64,000 nt of DNA, taken from assembly GCA_965217185.1 (NCBI GenBank), contig OZ244252.1, positions 2,560,001 through 2,624,000 on the forward strand, given 5' to 3'. The notes below the pieces were generated by a model. The model was given only the letters and a program-made list of their open reading frames with translations. It ran no database searches and was not told the origin of the DNA. The DNA comes from an uncultured Candidatus Entotheonella sp. (GTDB taxonomy: Bacteria > Tectomicrobia > Entotheonellia > Entotheonellales > Entotheonellaceae). The number at the start of each line of letters is the position of its first letter. Within the stretch, counting starts at the first letter, position 1. Made by a program: the position numbers and the translations under genes. Below, piece by piece: positions 1 through 12,756 of this stretch.

Positions 1-3000
1 GGGTTTCCGTCGCTTCCCGTGGGGGTGTTCTCCGGGCTCACGAAGCTGCATACGCTCCGGCTGAGCAACATCGGCATGACCGAGCTTCCCGCGGGGATAT
101 TCTCCGGACTCTCGAAGCTGGAGGTGCTCTGGCTGGCCGACAACCAGCTGACCTCACTTCCCGACGAGCTGTTCCTCGGCCTGACGGCGCTGACAACACT
201 CGAGCTGGACGGCAACTCCACCGACCCACTGCCGCTCACGGTGACGGTGGAGAAGGTGGGGACCGACGGGGTGCGGGCGAAGGTGCTCGCGGGGGCGCCG
301 TTCGCGGTGGACATTCCGGTGACGCTGGTGGGCGGGACGCTCGCCGGCGGCGCGGCCAAGCTGGGCGTTAAGGCGGGCTCGGTGGAGGGCTTCACGGTCC
401 CCGTGACCCGCACGGCCGGGACGGCGGCGGCGGTGACCGTGGATGTCGACCTGAACACCCAGCCGACGCTGCCCACGGATCACCAGGGCTACGCGTTCGC
501 CCGCGCCTCGTCGGGCTTGCCGGCGACCATCCTGCCGATCACGCCGCCCACGGTTGAGTCGGTGGCGGTGAAGTCCGCGCCGCAATCGGGCGACACGTAC
601 GGGTGGGGCGAGACGATCGTGTTCACTCTGACCTTCAGCCAGAAGGTGAGGGTCACGGGCCAGCCGCAGCCGACGCTGGCCTTCAACCTCGGCGGGAGCA
701 CCCGGCAGGCCCGGTACGCGGGCATGACGGACACCGACGTGGACAGCGACCCGCGGCCCAGGCCCCGGCCGGAGGGCGTGAAGGTGCACTTCGCCTACAC
801 GGTGCAGCCGCGCGACCGGGACAGCAACGGCATCCAGGTGGGAGCGTTGGCGAGCGCAATAGACCTCGGCGGCGCTCGGATCCAGAGCGCTGCGGACCGC
901 GTCGACGCGGACGGCCACAAGGTGGACGGCGTCGACGCGGACCTCGCCCATGCCGCGCTTGGCCGGCTGCGCGACCACAAGGTGGACGGCGGAACGGCGC
1001 AGCCGCCGGCCGGGTCCGGGATCACGATCGTCGATACCCATGGCAATCCGCTGGCGAACAACCGGCTGACGCTTCGCGAGAGCACCCGGGGGCGCTACGG
1101 GCTCAAGCTCAACACCCGGCCGACGCACACGGTGTGGGTGACGGCGATCGCGTCCGACGGCGACCCGGATCTGCAGGTGTTGCCGACGGCCAATGGCGGA
1201 AAGGCGATCACGCCGGACGAGTGGGAGACGCCGTTCTACCTGGAACTCAGGGCGGCGATCGACGACGACGAGGAAACCGGTGAGCGGGTCTTCCTGAACC
1301 GCTCGTTCAGTAGCGATCCGGCCTATCACGACCTCGTTCTTCCCGATGTCGTCGTGGTCGAGGACGAGCGCGCCGACGACGCGGGGGCGCTGTCGGTGGC
1401 GGACGCGGAGGCGACCGAGGGTGTGGACGACACGCTCGACTTCGTGGTGAGGCTCGACCGGAGGCCGGCCCGGGATTGGGAGGTGACGGTCGACTACCGG
1501 ACCCAGGACGGGACGGCGACGGCGGGGTCCGACTACACGTCGACGAGCGGCACGCTGACCTTCGCACCGGGCGATAACGAGAAGACGGTGTCGGTGTCGA
1601 TCGTGGACGACGCGGTGGAGGACAGCGGGGAGACGTTCACGCTGGTGCTGAGCAATGCCTCCGGCGCGGGCTTCGCGAGCAACGGCCAGGGGGCGGTGGG
1701 CACGATCCGGAACACCGAGACGCCGGCGCGACCGGCGCTGACGGCGGCGTTCGAGGGGGTGCCGGCGTCGCATGACGGCGAGAGCGCGTTCCGCGTCCGG
1801 GTGGCGTTCAGCGATGGGATCAGTATCAGCGACACGAGGATGCGCGACGCGTCGTTCCAGGTGACGGGCGGTGAGGTCACGGCCGCGCGCCGGGTCGACG
1901 GCCGCCGCGACCTGTGGGAGATCACCATCGAGCCGGACTCGGACGAGACGGTCGCCGTCCGGCTGCCGAAGACGATCGACTGCGGCGCGAGCGGGGCGAT
2001 CTGCACCGGCGATGGCCGGCCGCTGTCGCATTCGCTGTCGGCGACGGTTTCCGGACCGGCGGGCGAGCCGGAGAGCAACACGGCGGCGACAGGGATGCCG
2101 GCGATCGGCGGGACGCCGCGGGTCGGGGAGGAGCTGACCGCCTCGACGTCGGGCATCTCCGACGCCGACGGGCTGGACAACGCGCGCTTCGGCTACCAGT
2201 GGATCCGCGCGGGCGTCGACATTGGCGGGGCGACCGCCTCGACCTACACGCCGGTGGCGGCGGACGAGGGCGAGAGGCTGAAGGTCCGGGTCGGCTTCAC
2301 CGACGACGCCGGCCACGAGGAGAGTCTCACCAGCGCGGCGACCGATGCCGTCGCTGGCCCTGCATCGACGGCCGAACCGCTGACGGCGCGGTTTGCGCAG
2401 GCGCCGGCGGAGCATGACGGGAAGACGGCGTTCGAGCTCAGGATCGGGTTCAGCGAGGGCATCTCGATCAGCTTCCGGACGTTCCGCGACCAGTCGTTGT
2501 CCGTGTCCGGCGGGAGCGTGAAGCACGCGAAGCGGGTAGACCGGCGCAAGGACTTGTGGAAGGTGACGGTCAAGCCGGGTTCGCTTGGCGACGTGACGGT
2601 GACGCTCGCGGGCGGGCGCGCCTGCGGCACCGCCGGGGCGGTGTGCACCGGCGACGGGCGGGCCGCTGTCGGCGACGGTCTCGACGACGGTGCTGGGTCC
2701 GGCGACCGCGCGGCGCCTCACCGGTACCGCAGACGACGACACGCTGAGCGGGCAAGCGGGCGATGACGTGCTGCTCGGCAACGGCGGCGACGATACCCTG
2801 TCCGGCAAGGGCGGCGACGACACCCTGTACGGCGGCGATGACGACGACACGCTCTACGGCGGCGGCGGCCACGACGTGCTCTACGGCGACGACGACGACA
2901 GCGGCGCGGCGTCGGGTGACGACGATCTGTACGGCGGCAGCGGCGACGACACCCTGTACGGCGACGGCGGCAACGACGTGCTGCAAGGCGGCGCGGACGA

Positions 3001-3319
3001 TGACACGCTCTACGGCGGCAGCGGCCACGACGTGCTCTACGGCGACGGCGGCGCGGACAGCCTGGCGGGCGGTACGGGCGCCGATACGTTCGTGTTCACC
3101 GCCGGTGACGGCGCCGACACGATCACCGACTTCTTCCCCGAGGAGGGCGACCGCATCGACCTGAGCGCCTTCGCGGGCCTTGAGGGTTTCGCGTCGCTGA
3201 AGCTGACGGCGGACGGCAGCGCCACGATCCTGGACTTGCGCGCCCACGGCGGCGGCACGGTGCGGCTGGAGGGCATCGCGGTGGCGGACCTGTTGGCGGC
3301 GGACTTCCTGTGGCCGTAG
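1..3319 (+). CDS. Large secreted surface protein: leucine-rich repeats, Ig-like and Calx-beta domains, C-terminal RTX Ca-binding repeats; 5'-partial, +1 frameshift near 2661
   Basis: LRRs (LPAGIFSGLSKLEVLWLADNQLTSLP); Calx-beta (VTVDYRTQDGTATAGSDYTSTSGTLTFAPG); GGxGxDxLx repeats and a T1SS-like end (ADFLWP) in ORF 2690..3319. The first internal repeat reads CTGDGRPLS; the second copy has one extra base (cgg g ccg ctg tcg), and removing it joins the two ORFs. Confidence 0.85.
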
Positions 3320-3334
3320 GGCGTTGCTCCGGTG

Positions 3335-3383
3335 CCGGCGCACGGCCTGCCCCCGTTCAAGCCGGGGGCAGGCCGTGCGCCGG
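3335..3383. repeat. 20-bp perfect inverted repeat after the RTX gene (REP-like or terminator-like hairpin)
   Basis: CCGGCGCACGGCCTGCCCCC (3335-3354) pairs with GGGGGCAGGCCGTGCGCCGG (3364-3383). Confidence 0.7.
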
Positions 3384-3436
3384 AATGACGATTTGGGCGT
3401 TGGACGGTGCGGCACAGGTGCTCTGCGCGTCGCAAC

Positions 3437-3468
3437 GTCGGGTTACGCCTGCGGCTAACCCGACCTAC
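3437..3468 (-). repeat. GTAG-family REP-like palindrome, copy 1
   Basis: Minus strand GTAGGTCGGGTTAGCCGCAGGCGTAACCCGAC; near-identical copies at 8597 and 20171. Confidence 0.8.
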
Positions 3469-3659
3469 ATCTTGTCAACCCATCTTGAGGCGTCTGTTCC
3501 AACAGTTGCCGCCCAGAACGCCATCGTCCGCAGGCATAGGTCCCGCCTGCACGTCAAGCCCGGCATCCATCGGCAGCCAGTGGATTCCCGCCCCCGATCG
3601 GAGTCGAGGGCAAGCTCCGCGCGGCAATGACCCTTTGGGGCACGTCGCCACGCCAATTC

Positions 3660-3737
3660 CTCAGGGCCGCGTCATATCAGTTAACGAATTAAACTTAGCA
3701 TACTTACAGGGTCCAGTTCGTCAACTTTTCTGACGTA
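3660..3737 (+). promoter_or_regulatory. Putative CRISPR leader
   Basis: AT-rich stretch (tatcagttaacgaattaaacttagcatacttac) directly 5' of repeat 1, on the side expected from the usual I-E repeat orientation. Confidence 0.6.
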
Positions 3738-4069
3738 GGTTCCCCCGTACACGCGGGGATAGACCGAAGGAAGAGGGAAGAAGGAAGAATTCTACCGGTT
3801 CCCCCGCACACGCGGGGATAGAGGTCGGCAATCCCCTCGATCTTCTTGGCCCGCACCAGGTTCCCCCGCACACGCGGGGATAGAGGTTGGTGACGAAATT
3901 GAAGACGGCGTGAAGCACCGGTTCCCCCGCACACGCGGGGATAGACCTTGCGGCGCACCCAGCGGGATTCACCCGATATAGGTTCCCCCGCACACGCGGG
4001 GATAGACCCGTCGCGTGCGTACTCGTGACGTCCGCCGGCAAGGTTCCCCCGCACACGCGGGGATAGACC
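3738..4069 (+). CRISPR. Type I-E-like CRISPR array, 6 repeats and 5 spacers, no cas genes in window
   Basis: 28-nt repeat GGTTCCCCCGCACACGCGGGGATAGACC at 3738, 3797, 3859, 3920, 3981, 4042; spacers of 31, 34, 33, 33, 33 nt. The CCCCGC/GCGGGG hairpin and ATAGACC end resemble the E. coli I-E repeat. Confidence 0.95.
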
Positions 4070-4152
4070 TCACGATGAGGCCGTGGCGTGTTTGATGGTT
4101 CTCGACGTTCTGGCAGCAGTAAATATCGAAGACGTCAGGAGGTTCGAGACTG

Positions 4153-4950
4153 ATGAAGGATAAAGCCAAAGACCTGCTGGAGTGGGTAATCAGGCCGACG
4201 CTGGGTAGTGGCTCAGTTTCAAATTTCCTCCTCGCTCCAGCCCCCTCTCCCTAGCCCTCCCCCGCGGTGGGGAGGGGACTCCCGAACTGGGAACTCCCCC
4301 TCTCCCCTGGTGGGAGAGGGTTGGGGTGAGGGGGAAACCGGCCGCGCCAGACGACGCAACGTGGCAACCCGTTTGGTGCGCGTGAGCCAGTCTTTTCAAA
4401 CTGAGCCACTACCCGACGTCTTTTCAAACTGAGCCACTACCCGACGCTGCATGCCCTTGACATGCATAGCGAACGTGCTGAGACGTTGGTGCTGGCGACG
4501 GCCCTTGCCGAATCTGGCGGGACTGAAACTCGCCAAAAGGGAGGCGGTCCGGCTCGCGGCTTGTGGCAGATGGAACCAACTACGCATGATGACCTCTACA
4601 AAACGTACCTTTTCCCAACCCTTTTCAAACGCCGCCCGGAACTGCCCAGGAAACTGAGGAAGGCCAGCTTGTATGTCTATGGCGGGTCGTTTCCTCCACC
4701 CTCCGACCTGCTGTTCCACAATCCGCGGTACGCCTGTGCCATGGCGCGAATCAAGTACTGGCGCGTGCCCACTGCGTTGCCGGACACGTTGGAAGGAATG
4801 GCCGCATACTGGAAAGAGCATTACAACACGCGCTGCGGCAAGGGCACGGTCAAACACTTCCTTGAGGCGTGGGAAAACAGATCGGGTAGCGGCGGGAATT
4901 CATCAAGGGCATCAAGGCGGGCAGCCGCCCACTGTTCACGACTCGCCTAA
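4153..4950 (+). pseudogene. Phage-like lysozyme/lytic transglycosylase-fold gene interrupted by a MITE
   Basis: AGGAGG before ATG 4153. Removing the insert plus one TSD gives in-frame MKDKAKDLLEWVIRPTL-HALDMHSERAETLVLATALAESGG...GPARGLWQMEPTT...YWKEHYNT, with SLT-like ES and GxxQ motifs. Confidence 0.75.
4204..4441. mobile_element. MITE with IS1-like termini, 8-bp TSD, duplicated right end and palindromic cargo
   Basis: TIR GGTAGTGGCTCAGTTT / AAACTGAGCCACTACC (16 bp perfect); TSD CGACGCTG at 4196-4203 and 4442-4449; 28-bp tandem duplication 4390-4417 / 4418-4445; no transposase. Confidence 0.9.
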
Positions 4951-5150
4951 GTCATCTGCAGCAACGCCACAGCCATACCCACAAATGCCAACACAAGGGG
5001 GCTGGCAATCGCGATCAGCAGGCTGATGCGCCTGTTCATCTCGTCAAAACGCTGATTCACGCTTTCCTTCATGTCGTCGAAGCGCTGGCCCACGTGATCA
5101 AACCATTCGTCCATCCGCTTCACGAACTCGCCAAACTGTCCAGCTCCCAC
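4947..5150 (-). CDS. Small coiled-coil protein with C-terminal TM helix (start uncertain)
   Basis: QRFDDM / QRFDEM repeats followed by hydrophobic LLIAIASPLVLAFVGMAVALL. Confidence 0.5.
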   Translation of the reverse strand: MGAGQFGEFVKRMDEWFDHVGQRFDDMKESVNQRFDEMNRRISLLIAIASPLVLAFVGMAVALLQMT

Positions 5151-5158
5151 AAACTGCT

Positions 5159-6022
5159 CTAACGCAAGTACGAATCCTGCCAGCCGGTATAGGCACCCTG
5201 CCGGAGCGCCGTCGCCAGCACGTCGCCCGCGGCAACCGGGGTTTTGAGGTCGGCAGGGGTGCCGCCGGCCTTGAGATGCTTGAGCACGTCGTACACGGCT
5301 TGCGCAGCGGCGTAGAAGGGCGCGTGGCCTTGCAGGGCGATGCGCACGCGGTGGGCGTTCAGGAAAGGCAGGTCGGACCAGAGCGCGGCCGGGCTGCCGC
5401 CCAGCATCAGCGGCAGGGTCGTGGCGGCATGAATAGCCTCGATTTCGGCGCGTTCGCGGGCGCCGACGATGAAAAAGGCGTCAACGCCGGTGTCCTGACA
5501 GGCTTGCAATCGGCGGACGGTTTCGTCAATACCGCCGTGACGCAGGGCGCTGGTGCGGCCGATGACGACCAGCGACGGGTCTTGACGCGCCGCCACCGCA
5601 GCCCGCAGTTTGCCAAGCATCTCGGGGATGCTGATCAGCCCTTCGCCCCCACCGCCAAACGCGGTCGGTAGCAAGGTGTCCTCGATGGTCAGGGCTGCCA
5701 CCCCGGCCGTTTCCAGTTCCTCGACCGTGCGCATGACGTTCAGGGCGTTGCCGTAGCCGTGGTCGGCGTCGACCATCAGGCTGAGGGAACCGGCACGGGT
5801 GATGCGGCGGATTTGCTCGGCGAATTCGGTCAGGGTGAGCACAACGAGGTCCGGCGCACCCAGCACCGTGGCTGAGGCGACGGAGCCCGCCAGCATGCCC
5901 ACCTCGTAGCCGAGCGATTCGGCCATGCGGGCCGACATGGGATCGAAGACCGAAGCCGGGTAGACGCAGGCGTCCCCCGCGAGTACCCGCCGATAACGTT
6001 GGCGGCGTTCGGACAGCAACAT
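5159..6022 (-). CDS. Isocitrate lyase/PEP mutase family, oxaloacetate decarboxylase-like
   Basis: PASVFDPMSARMAE, VDADHGYGNALNVMRTV and TIED motifs. Confidence 0.88.
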   Translation of the reverse strand: MLLSERRQRYRRVLAGDACVYPASVFDPMSARMAESLGYEVGMLAGSVASATVLGAPDLVVLTLTEFAEQIRRITRAGSLSLMVDADHGYGNALNVMRTVEELETAGVAALTIEDTLLPTAFGGGGEGLISIPEMLGKLRAAVAARQDPSLVVIGRTSALRHGGIDETVRRLQACQDTGVDAFFIVGARERAEIEAIHAATTLPLMLGGSPAALWSDLPFLNAHRVRIALQGHAPFYAAAQAVYDVLKHLKAGGTPADLKTPVAAGDVLATALRQGAYTGWQDSYLR

Positions 6023-6043
6023 GGGTGGTTTCCTTCCCGGCCG

Positions 6044-6307
6044 CTAGCTTTGGGCCTGCTCCAGAACCTGTTTGGCCTGCTCTTCCGTCAGGCGGCTCAT
6101 CTTGGTAGTCAATCGCTCCAACTCTTCCGGCTCGACCTCGGCGTCCAGCCAGGCGTCCAGCACCGACTTGCGGATGCGCCAGCGTCCGTCGGTCTGCTCG
6201 CCGGCAATCTCTCCCGATTCGAGCATTTCGTAAATCGCCTCAAGTTTCAGCCCGGCATAGTCGGCGGCCTGCCAGGGGGCCAGGAAGGCTTCCCGTGATA
6301 CGCGCAT
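6044..6307 (-). CDS. Excisionase-type HTH DNA-binding protein
   Basis: QAADYAGL..EAIYEMLESGEI....GRWRIRKSVLDAWL pattern. Confidence 0.75.
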   Translation of the reverse strand: MRVSREAFLAPWQAADYAGLKLEAIYEMLESGEIAGEQTDGRWRIRKSVLDAWLDAEVEPEELERLTTKMSRLTEEQAKQVLEQAQS

Positions 6308-6389
6308 TGCGGCAATTCCTTATGAGGTTGTAGGCATGTTCCGGCACCGTAACGGAGGCGCTACGGCGCGGCGGGATTGTAGCACAGCG

Positions 6390-7778
6390 TCACGCCTCGT
6401 TCGGGCCGGGCGGTGCCGTGTGGCTGAGGGTGGCCAGGCATTCGACGTGGTAGGTCTGCGGAAACATGTCCAGCGGCTGCACGTTTTCGGTGCGGTAGCC
6501 GAGGTCGGCCAGCAGGCGCAGGTCGCGGGCGAGCGTCGGGGGGCTGCACGAGACGTAGACGAGCCGCGCAACGCGCATCTTGGCGAGGGCTTCGAGGGCT
6601 TGGGGGCGGCAGCCGGCGCGCGGGGGATCGAGCACGGCGACTTGGGGGCGGATGCCCTGGGCCAGGTAACGGTACAGAATGCGCTCCACCTTTCCGGTGC
6701 GAAATTCGCAGTTGGCGATGCCAAGCGTAGCCGCCTGCCGGGCGGCGAGAAGCGTCGCTTGGCGGTTGAGCTCGACGGCGTGAACGACGGCGCAGTGCGG
6801 CGCCAGGGTCAACGCGATGGAGCCGCCGCCGCTGTAGAGGTCCAGAACGATGTCATCAGGGCGCAGCCGGGCGGCGGCGCGCACCAATTCGTACAGCCGT
6901 TCGGTCTGCGCGCTGTTGACCTGGAAAAAGGCTTCCGGCTCGATGTCAAACCGCAGGTCGCCGATGCGTTCGTGGATGACAGCGCTGCCGGCAAGGTGGG
7001 TTGTGATGCCGTCGAACACGGCCGGCGTCGTTGTCGCCTTGCGGTGCATCAGCAGGCCGCTAGCCAGGCCGCGCAGGCTTTCCCAGAGTTGGCGCTGCAC
7101 GGGCGCCGGCAGTTCCTCCCGCACGATGACCGTGACCAATGCCTCGCCGGTGCGCTGCCCCACCTGAACCTGTACCTGGTGCAGTACCCGCCGCAGTGCC
7201 GGCTCCTGCTCGGCCAAGCCGCGCACGCGCGCCATTACCGCGTCAATGCGCGCGTCGCCGATGCGGCACTGCGGCACGTCGAGCACCGCGGATTGGCCGC
7301 GCTCGATCAGCCCGAGGGCGTTGCGGTTCGCGTCGTAGTGGTAAAGCGCCTTGTTGCGGTACCCAAACGGCTGCGGACTCGCCAGCATCGGCAAAACGGG
7401 CACTTCGGGCAGCTTGCCGATGCGCGTCAGGCAATCGCGCACCTGCTGGGTCTTGTTGGCCAACTGATCGTCGTACCCGAGGTGCTGCAGGTGGCAGCCG
7501 CCGCAGCGCTCGTACAGCGGGCACGGCGCCGGCACCCTTAGCGGCGAGGACTTGCGCAACGTCAGCAATTCCGCAAAGGCATGGCGCTTCCTCCGGTCCG
7601 TGAGACGAACGTCCACCACGTCCCCCGGCAGAGTGCGCGGCACGAACACGGCAAGCCCATCGAGGTGCCCGACCCCTTGTCCGCCGTGCGCCAGGCGGGT
7701 AATCTCCAGGGTGCTCTCGATCGGCTCGAACGGCGGCACGCCGGGTTGAGGGCGCGATTGTCGGCGGCGTCGCGGCAT
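6390..7778 (-). CDS. rlmD: 23S rRNA (uracil-5)-methyltransferase
   Basis: TRAM N-terminus, CxxxxxCGGC Fe-S motif, AFFQVN, DLYSGGG, DPPRAG, YVSC, DMFPQTYHVE. Confidence 0.92.
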   Translation of the reverse strand: MPRRRRQSRPQPGVPPFEPIESTLEITRLAHGGQGVGHLDGLAVFVPRTLPGDVVDVRLTDRRKRHAFAELLTLRKSSPLRVPAPCPLYERCGGCHLQHLGYDDQLANKTQQVRDCLTRIGKLPEVPVLPMLASPQPFGYRNKALYHYDANRNALGLIERGQSAVLDVPQCRIGDARIDAVMARVRGLAEQEPALRRVLHQVQVQVGQRTGEALVTVIVREELPAPVQRQLWESLRGLASGLLMHRKATTTPAVFDGITTHLAGSAVIHERIGDLRFDIEPEAFFQVNSAQTERLYELVRAAARLRPDDIVLDLYSGGGSIALTLAPHCAVVHAVELNRQATLLAARQAATLGIANCEFRTGKVERILYRYLAQGIRPQVAVLDPPRAGCRPQALEALAKMRVARLVYVSCSPPTLARDLRLLADLGYRTENVQPLDMFPQTYHVECLATLSHTAPPGPNEA

Positions 7779-7832
7779 GGGTCGCGCCTCAGATGGGGTT
7801 CATACGTTCGCCCCCTCCTCGCGGCATTTGAG

Positions 7833-7870
7833 CCCCCTCTCCCCTGGCGGGAGAGGGTTGGGGTGAGGGG
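7833..7870. repeat. CCCCTCACCCC/GGGAGAGGG-family palindromic repeat
   Basis: CCCCCTCTCCCCTGGCGGGAGAGGGTTGGGGTGAGGGG; homologous to 4241-4334, 12674, 21085 and 23101. Confidence 0.85.
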
Positions 7871-7905
7871 CAAATCCACGGCGATTAAAGGAGGAATGAT
7901 CGGCA

Positions 7906-8583
7906 ATGTGGCCAGCGGTTCTCACCGTGTCGGCGTTTGCCATGGCCATGGCGCACGTCGAAACCATGATCGTCGTCTACCTGCGGCGGCTGTACTATCC
8001 CGACGGCTTCCGTTTTCCGCTGGGCATCATCGACACACCGACCCTGCTGCTGGAACTCGAACGCGAAGCCGCCACCCTCGTCATGCTGGCCGCCTACGGC
8101 CTCGCCGCCGGGCGAACCAGGGCGGGCAAACTGGCCAACTTCATCATCGCATTCGGCGTCTGGGACATCTTCTACTACGTATGGCTCAAGGTGGTGCTCG
8201 GCTGGCCGGCGTCGCTGCTCACCTGGGACGTGCTGTTTTTGATCCCGGTGCCGTGGGTCGGGCCGGTCATCGCCCCGGTCAGCGTCGCCTGCACGATGAT
8301 CGGCATGGGACTGGTGCTGCTGCATCTGGAGCAACGCGGCGCCGTGCCGGCGGCGGCGATGCGCATATGGGCAGCCCAGATGGCCGCGTGTCTCATCATC
8401 ATCGCCTCGTTCACCCTCGACGTGCTGCCGCGGCTGCCGGACCATGGCGCCCTGCTCAGCGAGTGGATGCCCACGACCTATCGCTGGTGGATGCTGGCGC
8501 TCGGACAAGCGCTGGCTATCACGACGTTCGCCGCGTGGGCGTGGCGGGCGTACGGAGCCGCAGGCCGAGCCAGCAATACGTAG
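7906..8583 (+). CDS. Conserved integral membrane protein of unknown function
   Basis: Multiple TM helices; EREAATLVML, FGVWDIFYY, WDVLFLIPVPWVGPV; AGGAGG upstream. Confidence 0.8.
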   Translation: MWPAVLTVSAFAMAMAHVETMIVVYLRRLYYPDGFRFPLGIIDTPTLLLELEREAATLVMLAAYGLAAGRTRAGKLANFIIAFGVWDIFYYVWLKVVLGWPASLLTWDVLFLIPVPWVGPVIAPVSVACTMIGMGLVLLHLEQRGAVPAAAMRIWAAQMAACLIIIASFTLDVLPRLPDHGALLSEWMPTTYRWWMLALGQALAITTFAAWAWRAYGAAGRASNT

Positions 8584-8596
8584 TCCGTAGTGGAAC

Positions 8597-8622
8597 GTCG
8601 GATTACGCTTCGCTGATCCGAC

Positions 8623-8626
<4 letters not shown>
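8597..8626 (-). repeat. GTAG-family REP-like palindrome, copy 2 (overlaps uvrC stop)
   Basis: GTCGGATTACGCTTCGCTGATCCGACCTAC. Confidence 0.75.
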
Positions 8627-10467
<1,841 letters not shown>

Positions 10468-10483
10468 GGGGCGTCTCCGGGAA

Positions 10484-10627
10484 TAGTGATTAGTGGCTAG
10501 TGATCAGTGGCCAGTCAATCCTTAAGACCAGCGGCTGGTGCTTGGTGAAACCCAGAACCTGGGAGCGCGGACATCCTGCCCGCTTGGGAGTCTCCCCTGC
10601 TTTTCACTAACCACTAGTCACTGAGCA

Positions 10628-10637
<10 letters not shown>
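10484..10637. repeat. Inverted pair of 7-bp tandem arrays flanking a short palindromic element
   Basis: TAGTGAT TAGTGGC TAGTGAT CAGTGGC (10484-10511) versus TCACTAA CCACTAG TCACTGA GCACTAA CCACTG (10604-10637); GGGAGCGCGGACATCCTGCCCGC lies between them. Confidence 0.7.
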
Positions 10638-12634
<1,997 letters not shown>

Positions 12635-12673
12635 GGGCGTGTCCGGGGATTCGGGGGTGTCACTGCTTTCTAT

Positions 12674-12726
12674 TCCCCCTCACCCCAACCCTCTCCCCTG
12701 GCGGGAGAGGGTTGGGGTGAGGGGGA
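12674..12726. repeat. Perfect 24-bp hairpin of the CCCCTCACCCC family
   Basis: TCCCCCTCACCCCAACCCTCTCCC-ctggc-GGGAGAGGGTTGGGGTGAGGGGGA. Confidence 0.9.
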
Positions 12727-12756
12727 CCGAGACAACACCGGGCTCGAAATCGGAAC

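Noticed and set aside
1740..2700. Two similar internal domains in the surface protein as a possible DGR template/variable pair
   Set aside because: Both are coding, divergence is not adenine-specific, and no reverse transcriptase is present.
154..2850. Long antisense or alternative-frame ORFs (also 10892-13006, 12856-15255, 21491-23209, 29725-31089, 35447-37522, 60703-62373)
   Set aside because: Shadow ORFs expected from high-GC codon bias opposite genes with clear motifs; no recognisable domains.
3766..4041. Self-targeting of spacers within this window
   Set aside because: No protospacer match noticed by eye in the 64 kb; an alignment is needed for certainty.
3704..4169. ORFs with repeated YPRVCG / SIPACAGE peptides
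   Set aside because: Translations of the CRISPR repeats.
3400..6307. cas genes or a prophage around the array
   Set aside because: No Cas, integrase, terminase or structural motifs. The excisionase-like HTH sits in a housekeeping run with no att site seen.
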